From: Methanomethylovorans hollandica DSM 15978
Lineage (GTDB): Archaea > Halobacteriota > Methanosarcinia > Methanosarcinales > Methanosarcinaceae
Length of the DNA stretch: 64,000 nt
NCBI RefSeq assembly: GCF_000328665.1
Contig: NC_019977.1
Location: 1,426,001-1,490,000, forward strand
Direction of reading: 5' to 3'
Shown here: in pieces, positions 1 through 9,209 of the stretch
How the letters are laid out: every line of letters begins with the position of its first letter
How positions within the stretch are numbered: position 1 is the first letter of the stretch
Notes under the pieces: generated by a model
What the model saw: the letters and a program-made list of their open reading frames with translations, nothing else
Told to the model about the DNA's origin: nothing
Database searches by the model: none
Program-made: the position numbers and the translations under genes

Positions 1-147
1 ATAAAGAATGCCGGAGGAAAGGCAATAGCTGAAGATGAGAGATCATGTGTTGTTTATGGGATGCCAAAAGCCATAGTTGATCGTGGACTTGCGGATCGTG
101 TGGTACCCCTTGAGATGATAGCCACAGCAATTCAGCAGCTCATATGA
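1..147 (+). CDS. cheB: Chemotaxis methylesterase CheB, C-terminal part (5' end outside window)
   Basis: Frame 1 reads IKNAGGKAIAEDERSCVVYGMPKAIVDRGLADRVVPLEMIATAIQQLI*, containing the CheB VVYGMP motif; lies directly upstream of cheA. Confidence 0.93.
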   Translation: MKNAGGKAIAEDERSCVVYGMPKAIVDRGLADRVVPLEMIATAIQQLI

Positions 148-187
148 AAGCATCATACGATGGTTGAAAGTCACTGTTGGTGATATT

Positions 188-2278
188 ATGGAAATGTCGG
201 AATACAAAGAGATATTTAAAGCTGAATCTGAAGAGCATCTGCAGCAGCTTAATGAGGCATTGCTGGGATTGGAACAAAACCCTGAAGATATGGAATATAT
301 CAACAATATGTTCCGGTCTGCCCATACCTTAAAAGGGATGTCCGCAACTATGGGATTCAACACTATTGCACAGCTTACCCATGAAATGGAAAACATCATG
401 GATATGATCAGGAAGTCTCAGATGACTCTGACCGAGAAAATAATCGCGATACAATTCGAATGTCTGGATACCCTGGAAGTACTGGTTGAGAATATTGATA
501 ATCCTGATGCTGTGGACGTGTCAACACTGCAATGTAAACTCCACAGTATAATGAGCTTACCTTCAACTGCACAGGATACAGTGGCAGTTTCAGAACCTAT
601 TACCAATCTGACATATCCTGCCCCTCCAAAGAACATCGATACTGAAATGCCTGCTGCGCAGAGCATTAGTGTTACAGAAGAAGTAAGCTGCAAAGAAGTT
701 ATCAACAAAGAAATTAAGTTCACCCAGGAAGAACTGGCTGAGATCCAACTTACAAGAGCGCATGATCAGGAAGTACTTATCGTTAAAGTGTTTCTGGATG
801 AATCATGTGTCCTCAAGGCAGCCCGTTCAAGCATGGTGCTTATGAACCTCAACAAGCTCGGAAAAGTCATTAAAACCAAACCTCCGGAAAAAGAACTTGA
901 AGATGAAAAGTTCGATTTCAGCTTTCTGGTAGTTGCTGCAACTTCTCAGAGCATGGGGTCAATACAGCACAGGATAGAAAACATTTCAGAAGTTACTAAA
1001 GTTGAAATAATTCCCTTATATACTCACAAAAAAGATGCTGTGGACCATGGAGAAAAAGTTAGAGAAGAAAAGATCTTAGACCTGGCAAACAAAAATACCA
1101 TCCAACAAAAGAAAAACGAATCCGTAAAGACCGGACAGAGCATCAGGGTCAATATTGAGAGACTGGATAATCTCATGAATCTGGTCGGAGAACTCATTAT
1201 TAATAAGATTAGACTGAACCAGCTAGCTACGGATATAAGATCAAAGGATATTGAAGAGGCTCTTGGAACCCTGGACAGACTCACCAATGAGATACAAACA
1301 GAGGTAATGGAATCAAGAATGGTCCCCATCGATCAGATCTTTAGCCGTTTCCCGAGGATGGTAAGAGATCTGGCAAAATCTGAAGGCAAGCAGATCAGTC
1401 TTGTGATAGAGGGTAAGGAAATTGAGCTTGACAGAACGGTCCTGGATGAGATAGGAGATCCATTAGTACATTTGTTGAGAAATGCTGTGGACCATGGTGT
1501 GGAATCACCTCAAGAACGTGCAAAAGCAGGTAAATCATCTGAAGGACTTGTACGCCTGGCAGCATCTAGACAAAGGAATACAGTGCTTATTGAAGTGCAG
1601 GACGACGGCAAAGGCATGGACCCTGCAAAGTTAAGAGATGCTGCTGTAAAGAAGGGCTTAATGAGCAAAGAAGAAGTTTCAAAGCTCTGTGATGAAGAAG
1701 CATTTAATCTGATATTCCTCCCGGGTTTTAGCACCAATGCCGTGATTACAGATGTATCTGGCCGGGGAGTTGGAATGGATGTTGTCAAGACAAAGATCGA
1801 ATCTTTAGGAGGAAATGTTTCAGTTAAATCCGTACTTGGAGAAGGCAGTATTGTTACGCTTCAGTTGCCTCTTACTATTGCTATCATCCAATCATTGATG
1901 ATAAGAACAGCAGGTGAAACGTACGCTATACCTCTTAACAATGTGGTAAGAGATGTAGGTATAAGATCAAAGGATATAAAGACAATAGAGGGCCAGGAAG
2001 TCATCCTGCTGCGCGGAGAGGTCTTACCGCTTTTAAGACTTAACAGTACTCTGGATTGTCCTGTTAAAGTCAACGACAAAGAGAACCTCATAGTTGTAGT
2101 GGTGGAAAAGATGGGAAACCACTTTGGTTTTGTAGTTGATGAACTGTTGGGGCAGCAAGAGGTCATAATCAAATCCCTTGACAGTAAAGTGCTGCGTAGC
2201 GTAAAAGGATTTGCAGGTGCCACTATTCAGGGAGATGGCACTGTTTGTTTGATACTTGACATTGGAACATTGGTCTGA
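188..2278 (+). CDS. cheA: Chemotaxis histidine kinase CheA
   Basis: Hpt FRSAHTLKG, P2, dimerisation RLDNLMNLVGEL, HATPase HLLRNAVDHG/DDGKG/SGRGVGMDVV, C-terminal CheW-like domain; GGTGA SD before ATG 188. Confidence 0.97.
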   Translation: MEMSEYKEIFKAESEEHLQQLNEALLGLEQNPEDMEYINNMFRSAHTLKGMSATMGFNTIAQLTHEMENIMDMIRKSQMTLTEKIIAIQFECLDTLEVLVENIDNPDAVDVSTLQCKLHSIMSLPSTAQDTVAVSEPITNLTYPAPPKNIDTEMPAAQSISVTEEVSCKEVINKEIKFTQEELAEIQLTRAHDQEVLIVKVFLDESCVLKAARSSMVLMNLNKLGKVIKTKPPEKELEDEKFDFSFLVVAATSQSMGSIQHRIENISEVTKVEIIPLYTHKKDAVDHGEKVREEKILDLANKNTIQQKKNESVKTGQSIRVNIERLDNLMNLVGELIINKIRLNQLATDIRSKDIEEALGTLDRLTNEIQTEVMESRMVPIDQIFSRFPRMVRDLAKSEGKQISLVIEGKEIELDRTVLDEIGDPLVHLLRNAVDHGVESPQERAKAGKSSEGLVRLAASRQRNTVLIEVQDDGKGMDPAKLRDAAVKKGLMSKEEVSKLCDEEAFNLIFLPGFSTNAVITDVSGRGVGMDVVKTKIESLGGNVSVKSVLGEGSIVTLQLPLTIAIIQSLMIRTAGETYAIPLNNVVRDVGIRSKDIKTIEGQEVILLRGEVLPLLRLNSTLDCPVKVNDKENLIVVVVEKMGNHFGFVVDELLGQQEVIIKSLDSKVLRSVKGFAGATIQGDGTVCLILDIGTLV

Positions 2279-2297
2279 TACCAAAGGAGATGTAATC

Positions 2298-2912
2298 ATG
2301 CCTGAAATCGATGAGATGACAAAGGGTGCCTTTCAGGAAGCTGGGAACATAGGAATGGGGCATTTAGCTACTTCCCTATCAAAAATGGTTGACCGTGAGG
2401 TCAAGATAGATATTCCGAAAGTGGACATATATCCACTGCAAAGGATCATAGCCGAAGCTTCAGAGGGTGCTCAGAAAAGTGTGGTAGGAGTACATTTAAA
2501 GATAAGTGGTGATGTTACGGGAGGAACACTTATATTGCTACCAAAATATTCAGCCCTTTCCTTTGTAGATCTGCTAAGAAAGAAGCCTATAGGTACAACT
2601 CATGCTATCCAGGAAGAAGAAATAAAGAAACTCAGGGAAATGGGAATGCGCCTGTGCGCTGCATACATGAGAGTAGTTAATGAGTTTCTGGGGATCAATC
2701 TACAGATCGGTGAGCCAGAGATCAGTGTGGACATGGAAGGCGTCGGGAATTTTATTAGAGAAACTGTAGGGTCCATGGCAGATGAGTTCATTGTAGTGAA
2801 AGGAGTGGGCTATATACCGTCTACAAATTCCCGTAATGAGTTCAACATGCTCTTTGAACCGGGTGCATCAGATGTAATTGTTGCCGCGATCATGAAAAAG
2901 ATGATGGGATAA
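2298..2912 (+). CDS. cheC: CheC-family phosphatase (paralog 1)
   Basis: AFQEAGNIGMGHLATSLSKM CheC motif; second site degenerate; GGAG SD before ATG 2298. Confidence 0.85.
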   Translation: MPEIDEMTKGAFQEAGNIGMGHLATSLSKMVDREVKIDIPKVDIYPLQRIIAEASEGAQKSVVGVHLKISGDVTGGTLILLPKYSALSFVDLLRKKPIGTTHAIQEEEIKKLREMGMRLCAAYMRVVNEFLGINLQIGEPEISVDMEGVGNFIRETVGSMADEFIVVKGVGYIPSTNSRNEFNMLFEPGASDVIVAAIMKKMMG

Positions 2913-2984
2913 TAAATGCTGCCTGAGGCATGATCCAAAAAAATATTTTAGATAGAGTGAATGTAAGTCTAAGGAGTTGATCAG

Positions 2985-3806
2985 ATGTTAAAGCTGGAGT
3001 GCTCTGAAGAACAGGATTACTTGAAGTTAAAAAACCTCATTAAAAAAAACCTGGGTTTCAATAGCGAGCAATATAAGGATTCACATTTCAAACGAAGAGT
3101 TAACGTAAGAATGAGGGTAACCAATTCAAAAAATTTTGGAGAATATGTACAATATCTTAATACTCACACAGATGAGTACACACATCTGATGGATACTCTC
3201 ACAGTTAATGTAACTAATTTCTTCAGGAACTCCGAAACATATGAGGTTGTGGAGAAGGAAGTGCTGCCCTCTATAATCAAATCAAAAAGTACAGGGCTTC
3301 GGAATATACGAATATGGAGTGCAGGGTGCTCTATGGGTGTTGAAGCCTATTCCATAGCCATACTCCTTAAAAAACTACTGGGAAATGATTTCTCCAGATA
3401 TAATATCCAAATTACCGGCACTGATATTGACAAAGATATTCTAAGAAGAGCGGAAGAAGCGATATATACAGAAGTGGAAATGAAAGAAGTGCCTGAAGAC
3501 ATCCGTATTAAATATTTTGACCATGATGGGGAATGTTATCATTTAAAAGATGAGATCAAAAAAGTAGCTAAATTCCGCAGGAACGATCTTATTTCCGGAG
3601 AGAAACTCACCGGTTTTGATGCCATATTTTGCCGCAATGTCACCATATATTTTGAAAGGCATCTACAGGAAAAACTGTACATGGACTTTTACAATGGCCT
3701 TAATAAAGATGGTTTTTTTGTAATGGGTAAAACCGAAACACTGATAGGTCCGTCAAAAGACATGTTCAGAGCATTTGACCCAAGGGAAAGGATCTATCAA
3801 AAATAA
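2985..3806 (+). CDS. cheR: Chemotaxis methyltransferase CheR
   Basis: LTVNVTNFFRN, RIWSAGCSMGVEAYS, GTDID and IFCRNVTIYF motifs. Confidence 0.97.
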   Translation: MLKLECSEEQDYLKLKNLIKKNLGFNSEQYKDSHFKRRVNVRMRVTNSKNFGEYVQYLNTHTDEYTHLMDTLTVNVTNFFRNSETYEVVEKEVLPSIIKSKSTGLRNIRIWSAGCSMGVEAYSIAILLKKLLGNDFSRYNIQITGTDIDKDILRRAEEAIYTEVEMKEVPEDIRIKYFDHDGECYHLKDEIKKVAKFRRNDLISGEKLTGFDAIFCRNVTIYFERHLQEKLYMDFYNGLNKDGFFVMGKTETLIGPSKDMFRAFDPRERIYQK

Positions 3807-3840
3807 AAAAACTGGCTGCTCAACTGAAAGAGAGGATCAT

Positions 3841-4458
3841 ATGGTTTACGATATTTCCAAACTTACAGACTTTCATTACAGCGCTTTAAAAGAGATAAGC
3901 AATATAGGAATAGGTAATGCGGTCACTTCTCTGGCAGAGATGATGGGAAGTGAAATAAAGATAATGACCCCGAGCCTCAAAGTTGCCAGGATAGAGAAAG
4001 TAACAGAGTTTTCCGGAGGGGCCGATAAACTGGTTTCGGGAGTCCTTATGGAGCTGGCAGGGGGGGTCAATGGTTATATGGTCATACTTCTGCCACCGGA
4101 AAGTGCACAACTTATCTGCAACACTATGACAAAAAAGGAATACTCAGACATCACAGATCCCATGAACGAGTCGCTCATATCAGAAGTAGGTCACATCCTG
4201 GGAAGTACTTATATTACCGCTTTTTCCGATTTTCTTAAAGTGGATGTTTTTGCATCGGCCCCATTCCATACATATGACATGATAGGTGCCATAATGGACA
4301 ATATACTTATTCATATGAGCCAGGAAGTTGAACATGCCATAATTCTGGATACCCTGTTCACGCTAAAAGGTAATGATATGCATGGGAAACTTCTCACTCT
4401 GTTCGATCCCATATCTCTAGAATTGATTTTAAAGCATGTAGACGCGATGTTCTGTTGA
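3841..4458 (+). CDS. cheC: CheC-family phosphatase (paralog 2)
   Basis: SALKEISNIGIGNAVTSLAEM motif, DMIGAI motif; immediately upstream of cheD. Confidence 0.9.
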   Translation: MVYDISKLTDFHYSALKEISNIGIGNAVTSLAEMMGSEIKIMTPSLKVARIEKVTEFSGGADKLVSGVLMELAGGVNGYMVILLPPESAQLICNTMTKKEYSDITDPMNESLISEVGHILGSTYITAFSDFLKVDVFASAPFHTYDMIGAIMDNILIHMSQEVEHAIILDTLFTLKGNDMHGKLLTLFDPISLELILKHVDAMFC

Positions 4459-4468
4459 TCGACTGAAT

Positions 4469-4942
4469 ATGATAGTGGTAGGAATGGCAGATTATGCTGT
4501 GACTCGAAGTCCGGATAAATTGACAACCCTGGGCCTGGGATCATGCGTAGGTATTGCCCTCTATGATCCCGTGGCAAAAATAGGAGGATTGATACACATC
4601 ATGCTGCCAACTATTGAAAATGCACGTTTTACAGATAACTGTGCCAAATTTGCTGATAGCGGCATACCTATTGTCATACAAGAGATGGTAAGTATCGGAG
4701 CAGTGCGCAGAAGACTGGTAGCTAAAATAGCCGGTGGAGCAAAGATGTTCTCTTTTAACAGCGATGTGAACCTGAACATCGGAGAACGGAATATACAGGC
4801 CACAAAAATTGTACTTACAGAAATGAAAATACCTCTAATTGCAGAAGATGTGGGAAAGAATTATGGGCGTACTGTTGTGCTGGATACTGATACAGGAGTT
4901 TACCATATTAAAAGCGCAATAAAAGGAGAAAACTTAATTTAA
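4469..4942 (+). CDS. cheD: Chemoreceptor glutamine deamidase CheD
   Basis: TLGLGSCVGIALYD, HIMLP, KIAGGAKMF, IGERN, EDVG motifs. Confidence 0.96.
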   Translation: MIVVGMADYAVTRSPDKLTTLGLGSCVGIALYDPVAKIGGLIHIMLPTIENARFTDNCAKFADSGIPIVIQEMVSIGAVRRRLVAKIAGGAKMFSFNSDVNLNIGERNIQATKIVLTEMKIPLIAEDVGKNYGRTVVLDTDTGVYHIKSAIKGENLI

Positions 4943-4992
4943 TAGACAAGAATTTATATTAATTGTTTGAATATATTCATTTGGAGGTAGAA

Positions 4993-6000
4993 ATGCTTAG
5001 TCCGGACCTTACGCTCTTACATATTGTATTCATATCTGTCTCCCTCCTAGGAGGAATGCTTGCTATTTATTTCTGGATAAAGGTATATAAAGATACAAAA
5101 AGAGGTTCTGTTGCATGGCTCCTTCTTGCTCTGACAGCAATATTCCTCATTACTACTGCTATCTTCCCGGCTTTGGCAGTGGGGAATACTGACCAGAACG
5201 TAGTTGAGACCATATTATTGTTCCTTGGTTTCTGGAGTGCTGTATACACAAGTATTTTTGCTGCAGCGGGCTTTTTGATGTTCAGGGCATTTAAGACCGT
5301 CCCCCGTCAGGACCTGGGGAATTTTCTCATCGAAGGCATGGTATTCAGAAAAAGCGAGGGAAAACAGGCTGACGATGATGCAAGCACTGCTGAAAGTATA
5401 GCCGGGCTATTAAAATGGTCAACGCTGATCGAATACACTCCAAGGACCCGCTATGAGGATTCAGTAATAGAAATGTGTCTGCGCTTTTATGGTGAAACCA
5501 TGAATGTAGTGCTGGTCTCAACTGAACCGCGCACTTCCATTTACAAGGAAAGGCTTGGAGAACTGTTGGACATCGGAGCTATGAAATTCATTGAACTGTC
5601 CGGTACTGAGGACAAACTGGTAGAAAAAGATGGGATCATCATATTGCCGGCAAGAGAACTTGATAGCTTCTTCGACCTTACAGGTAAACTTCCTGCAGGC
5701 TGCGCCCTGATATTCGAACCGCTGTCCCATATGCTTTTAGCAGAAGGAGAAGACCGCACATATTCCTTCACATCTAAAATGGCTGAGCAATTTACATCCA
5801 AAGAGATCGTGTTTGTTGGTATGATCAATAGCCTTGCACATCAAAAAGAAGTTGTTAGCAGATTCGAAGGGCTTTTTGTGAATATTGCAGAAGAATCCGA
5901 GAACAGTATAAAAATAGTAAAAGGCGGCAAAGATGAGTTTATTCGATTTTATGCAGGTAAAAGCTTCTTCCTTGAGACGGAAATGATAAATAAAGCTTAA
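4993..6000 (+). CDS. Membrane protein: three N-terminal TM helices plus cytoplasmic DUF835/inactive KaiC-RecA-like domain
   Basis: Three hydrophobic segments, then alpha/beta domain with VVLVSTEP, ALIFEPLSHML and SRFEGLF segments resembling DUF835; no Walker A; GGAGG SD before ATG 4993. Confidence 0.6.
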   Translation: MLSPDLTLLHIVFISVSLLGGMLAIYFWIKVYKDTKRGSVAWLLLALTAIFLITTAIFPALAVGNTDQNVVETILLFLGFWSAVYTSIFAAAGFLMFRAFKTVPRQDLGNFLIEGMVFRKSEGKQADDDASTAESIAGLLKWSTLIEYTPRTRYEDSVIEMCLRFYGETMNVVLVSTEPRTSIYKERLGELLDIGAMKFIELSGTEDKLVEKDGIIILPARELDSFFDLTGKLPAGCALIFEPLSHMLLAEGEDRTYSFTSKMAEQFTSKEIVFVGMINSLAHQKEVVSRFEGLFVNIAEESENSIKIVKGGKDEFIRFYAGKSFFLETEMINKA

Positions 6001-6012
6001 AGAGTTTGTCAT

Positions 6013-6657
6013 ATGATACAGCTTTCAGGTTTCCAGTCAGATGCGCTGAGGGAGATAGGGGGCATTGGTATGGGCAATGCCACAACCGCTCTCTCCCAGC
6101 TTTTGAGCAGCAGGGTTCAGCTGAACCTGTCAAATTCACAGATAATGGACATTGCATCGATGGCCTCAATGATGCCTTCATCTATGACCCTCGTAGCTAT
6201 AATGATGGATCTGACCGGAGACCTGACTGGCACAATGATGATGCTTTTAGATCCTGGTAGTGCTGTGACCCTTTGTTCCAATCTTTTGAGAGAACATGCA
6301 CTGGAAGAGAATCCGGAAATGTATGAGTCTGCGCTTAGTGAAACTGTCAATATCCTGGCCGGATCCTATCTGAATAACATATGCGAGTTCCTGGGAACAA
6401 GAGTGTTGCATTCAACTCCTGAAATCGTTTTAGAAGATGCAGAGACGGTATTTTCCCGGATCAAGGACAGATCAGATGCAACTTCCTCTGAAGTGCTGAA
6501 CATAGAAACAATGTTCCAGGTACAGGGTCTGTGCAACGCTCAAGGTAATTGCACTCTTTATGGCGATATGTTCGTGTTCCTTGATGAGGAGTCTGTAGGT
6601 GCATTGCTTATTCTAATTGAGAAGTTACTGGATGGCCGATGGGAGATTAGAAAATGA
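6013..6657 (+). CDS. cheC: CheC-family phosphatase (paralog 3)
   Basis: DALREIGGIGMGNATTALSQL and SALSETVNILAGSYL CheC repeats. Confidence 0.88.
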   Translation: MIQLSGFQSDALREIGGIGMGNATTALSQLLSSRVQLNLSNSQIMDIASMASMMPSSMTLVAIMMDLTGDLTGTMMMLLDPGSAVTLCSNLLREHALEENPEMYESALSETVNILAGSYLNNICEFLGTRVLHSTPEIVLEDAETVFSRIKDRSDATSSEVLNIETMFQVQGLCNAQGNCTLYGDMFVFLDEESVGALLILIEKLLDGRWEIRK

Positions 6658-6881
6658 TATCACCAAGCCAAATTTGTCTTGATGCAACAGGATAATTCAA
6701 CAATTGATAGCCTTTTCCTGACTGCTCCGCAATGCAAACGGAAGCTTGTGATGTAAAGACATCACCCATAAGATACGTATTTATAAAAATAATAATATAT
6801 CTATAGAATAGACGACAGCTTCTGTGATATAATATAGGAAAACAGCAGAGTTTCGGGAATTTCAAACGGAGGATATGGATC

Positions 6882-7508
6882 ATGATGGATATAGCATTAT
6901 ATTCACTTGTTGACGATATGGTAAGCAAGGCAGGCACGGAGGGTGTAGTGGAATACTGGCTGCGGGTCGGAGAGAGTTACGCAGAAAGAATGGGAAAAGA
7001 GGCATATGTTGGCTGGCCAGCTTTCAACGTAGCAATGAAAGAAGGCAGAACCTCTCTGACAATTGAAGGTGAAATAAATGTACTTACAGATCTTGCGATC
7101 ACAGATAAGGACGGAGATGTGATAGGCTATGTGTATGCATTGAAGATGTGCCCCATGGCTCCTACTATGATCAGGTTCATCCAGAAGATCGGCCCGATCC
7201 CCGGTTCTGATGAAGATGTCGCAGACAGCTATAATAATCGTATCCGGGACTCAGCGGTCTCGAATTATTGTATAACTCACCAGCGCTTCCGGGAGATAGC
7301 TGCAAACAACATAACTGTTGCAAAGCAGCTCCTTGAATGCCTGCATCTTGCAAACAAAGGACGTATGGGAGAAGTAAAGATGTTACAAGAAAACCTTACC
7401 AGGATCAATGTGGATGAAAGACACATTAAAAGCATTCTAAGAAGTGCATCATGTGTCTTCGCACTGATCGTGAAGGGTAAATCTGCCGGTGAGGAGATAA
7501 TGGAATAA
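6882..7508 (+). CDS. Hypothetical protein with CP...CxxH...C motif (V4R/MetOD1-like), paralog A
   Basis: 208-aa ORF with GGAGG SD; motifs KMCPM, YCITHQ, SCVF; aligns by eye with the next ORF. Confidence 0.7.
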   Translation: MMDIALYSLVDDMVSKAGTEGVVEYWLRVGESYAERMGKEAYVGWPAFNVAMKEGRTSLTIEGEINVLTDLAITDKDGDVIGYVYALKMCPMAPTMIRFIQKIGPIPGSDEDVADSYNNRIRDSAVSNYCITHQRFREIAANNITVAKQLLECLHLANKGRMGEVKMLQENLTRINVDERHIKSILRSASCVFALIVKGKSAGEEIME

Positions 7509-7518
7509 GGTGAAGCAA

Positions 7519-8124
7519 ATGGCAGAAACAATAGCCTCTAATCCTTTTGTTGACGTGTCTGTATTCCTCTTCTTTGAGGATATCTCTGATAAACAGGGTG
7601 TTGAAGGTTTCACGAACTATATCGTAGGACAGGCAAAATCTCTTGCAAGGTCTGTTCCCGAAGAGGAATACAATAACTGGGAAGAGTTTGCCAATGCAGT
7701 GGTAAACGGAGAATCTGTGCTTTCATCCTTCGAGAACATTAAACAGATCAGCCCAAATGGTTTTGTAACGAAGGTATGTCCATTCTCAAAGGCCATAAGT
7801 GAATATATCAAACGTCTTGGTAACTTCAATCCTGTACATATGGAAGCCACTGATCACTACAATCATACAATACAACCTTCTGCTGCCCACAGTGCCTGTA
7901 TGATGCATCAGACATACCGCAATGAGGTAGCAAAGAGGATCAGGATCGGAGGGAAACCCTTAGAGTACGCGCAAATAGCAGCAAAGGCATATACAGGCAA
8001 GATCGCATTGCCTCCCGAGTCCTGGAAAAAAGTACTGCTGGAAAAAGCTGGCATTTCCGAAACACAGGGTTTTATGGAAATGCGTGAAAATTCGTGTCTG
8101 TATGTACTCTACGTGCATGATTGA
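7519..8124 (+). CDS. Hypothetical protein with CP...CxxH...C motif (V4R/MetOD1-like), paralog B
   Basis: Motifs KVCPF, ACMMHQ, SCLY; GGTGA SD before ATG 7519 (GTG 7510 is an alternative start). Confidence 0.7.
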   Translation: MAETIASNPFVDVSVFLFFEDISDKQGVEGFTNYIVGQAKSLARSVPEEEYNNWEEFANAVVNGESVLSSFENIKQISPNGFVTKVCPFSKAISEYIKRLGNFNPVHMEATDHYNHTIQPSAAHSACMMHQTYRNEVAKRIRIGGKPLEYAQIAAKAYTGKIALPPESWKKVLLEKAGISETQGFMEMRENSCLYVLYVHD

Positions 8125-8136
8125 TGATAAGTTTTT

Positions 8137-8180
8137 AGATGCTCCTGTATCTTTCCGGAAAGAAGCATCTTTATTTTTTC
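8137..8180 (+). terminator. Probable terminator after the paralog pair
   Basis: AGATGCT...AGCATCT inverted repeat followed by a T-rich tract. Confidence 0.5.
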
Positions 8181-8387
8181 CTTAATTTCAAATTAATAGT
8201 TCTAAGATATAGATGAAGATAAAAAAGTTACATTATAATTCCATTAAATTTCCCATTGACACGTACAGTAGATGTTTATTTGAAATGCATTAATGGATAA
8301 TAAGCTTATTATCCGTGAAAATAACTATTGACACCTAAAAGTACTGATAATGCGAAATATGCATTCCAATTAAACTGACCTCAAAGG

Positions 8388-9158
8388 ATGAAAAAAATAA
8401 TGGAAGAAAAAGACTTTGATCACACTTCATATCCGCGAAAATTGAATCTGGGTTGTGGGTTTGATAAAAAAGAAGGGTATCTGAACATTGATTTCAATGA
8501 TTTCCACGATCCGGATATGGTAGCTAATGTCTGTAACCTTGAAATGCTCCCCTGCGGATACTATGAGGAAATTATTGCTTATGATGTGCTTGAACACATA
8601 ACACGCAACAAGACAAAGCTTGTCCTTTCCGAATGGAACCGTCTGTTGAAAAAAGGTGGTATCCTCCATTTACAGGTTCCTGATCTTCTGGGAATACTAT
8701 CCCTGTTAATGCAAGATGCATATCAGTCCTTAGAACAGCAGGAGGTATTGGTGCACTGCCTTTTTGGTTCACAGCAATATCATGGGGACTTTCATCACAC
8801 AGGATTTACAGAAATGATCATTAGAAGTTACCTTGAGGAAACTGGTTTTGAAACTGAGAGCGTTGCAAGAAAAGATGAATGGCTCTTGCAGGTAAGCGCA
8901 AAAAAGATCAAAGAGTGCGTTCTGGGAGAGTTGCTTTCCATACAGGATCACACGGAGTTCGTTGCAACAGCTTATGTGAACATACTTGAGAGAAAACCTG
9001 ACAAAGATGGATTCAAATATTATACTGAAAGACTGATAAGCGGGGAGATGGATAAAGGATCGGTGCTGATATCACTATTGTATTCGGATGAAAAGAAAAA
9101 GCTCAGCGAACGTGTGTCCGGTACACCTGCCGGATCTTCTGGTCGAATAAAGAGATAA
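8388..9158 (+). CDS. Class I SAM-dependent methyltransferase with C-terminal DUF4214-like domain
   Basis: KLNLGCG motif I, DVLEH, RLLKKGGILHLQVPD; C-terminus FVATAYVNILERKPDKDGFKYY...LLYSDE resembles DUF4214. Confidence 0.8.
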   Translation: MKKIMEEKDFDHTSYPRKLNLGCGFDKKEGYLNIDFNDFHDPDMVANVCNLEMLPCGYYEEIIAYDVLEHITRNKTKLVLSEWNRLLKKGGILHLQVPDLLGILSLLMQDAYQSLEQQEVLVHCLFGSQQYHGDFHHTGFTEMIIRSYLEETGFETESVARKDEWLLQVSAKKIKECVLGELLSIQDHTEFVATAYVNILERKPDKDGFKYYTERLISGEMDKGSVLISLLYSDEKKKLSERVSGTPAGSSGRIKR

Positions 9159-9209
9159 TCTTCCAACACATTGATCCTGATTAGCACATAAAGGTTTAAT
9201 AAGTGGTAA

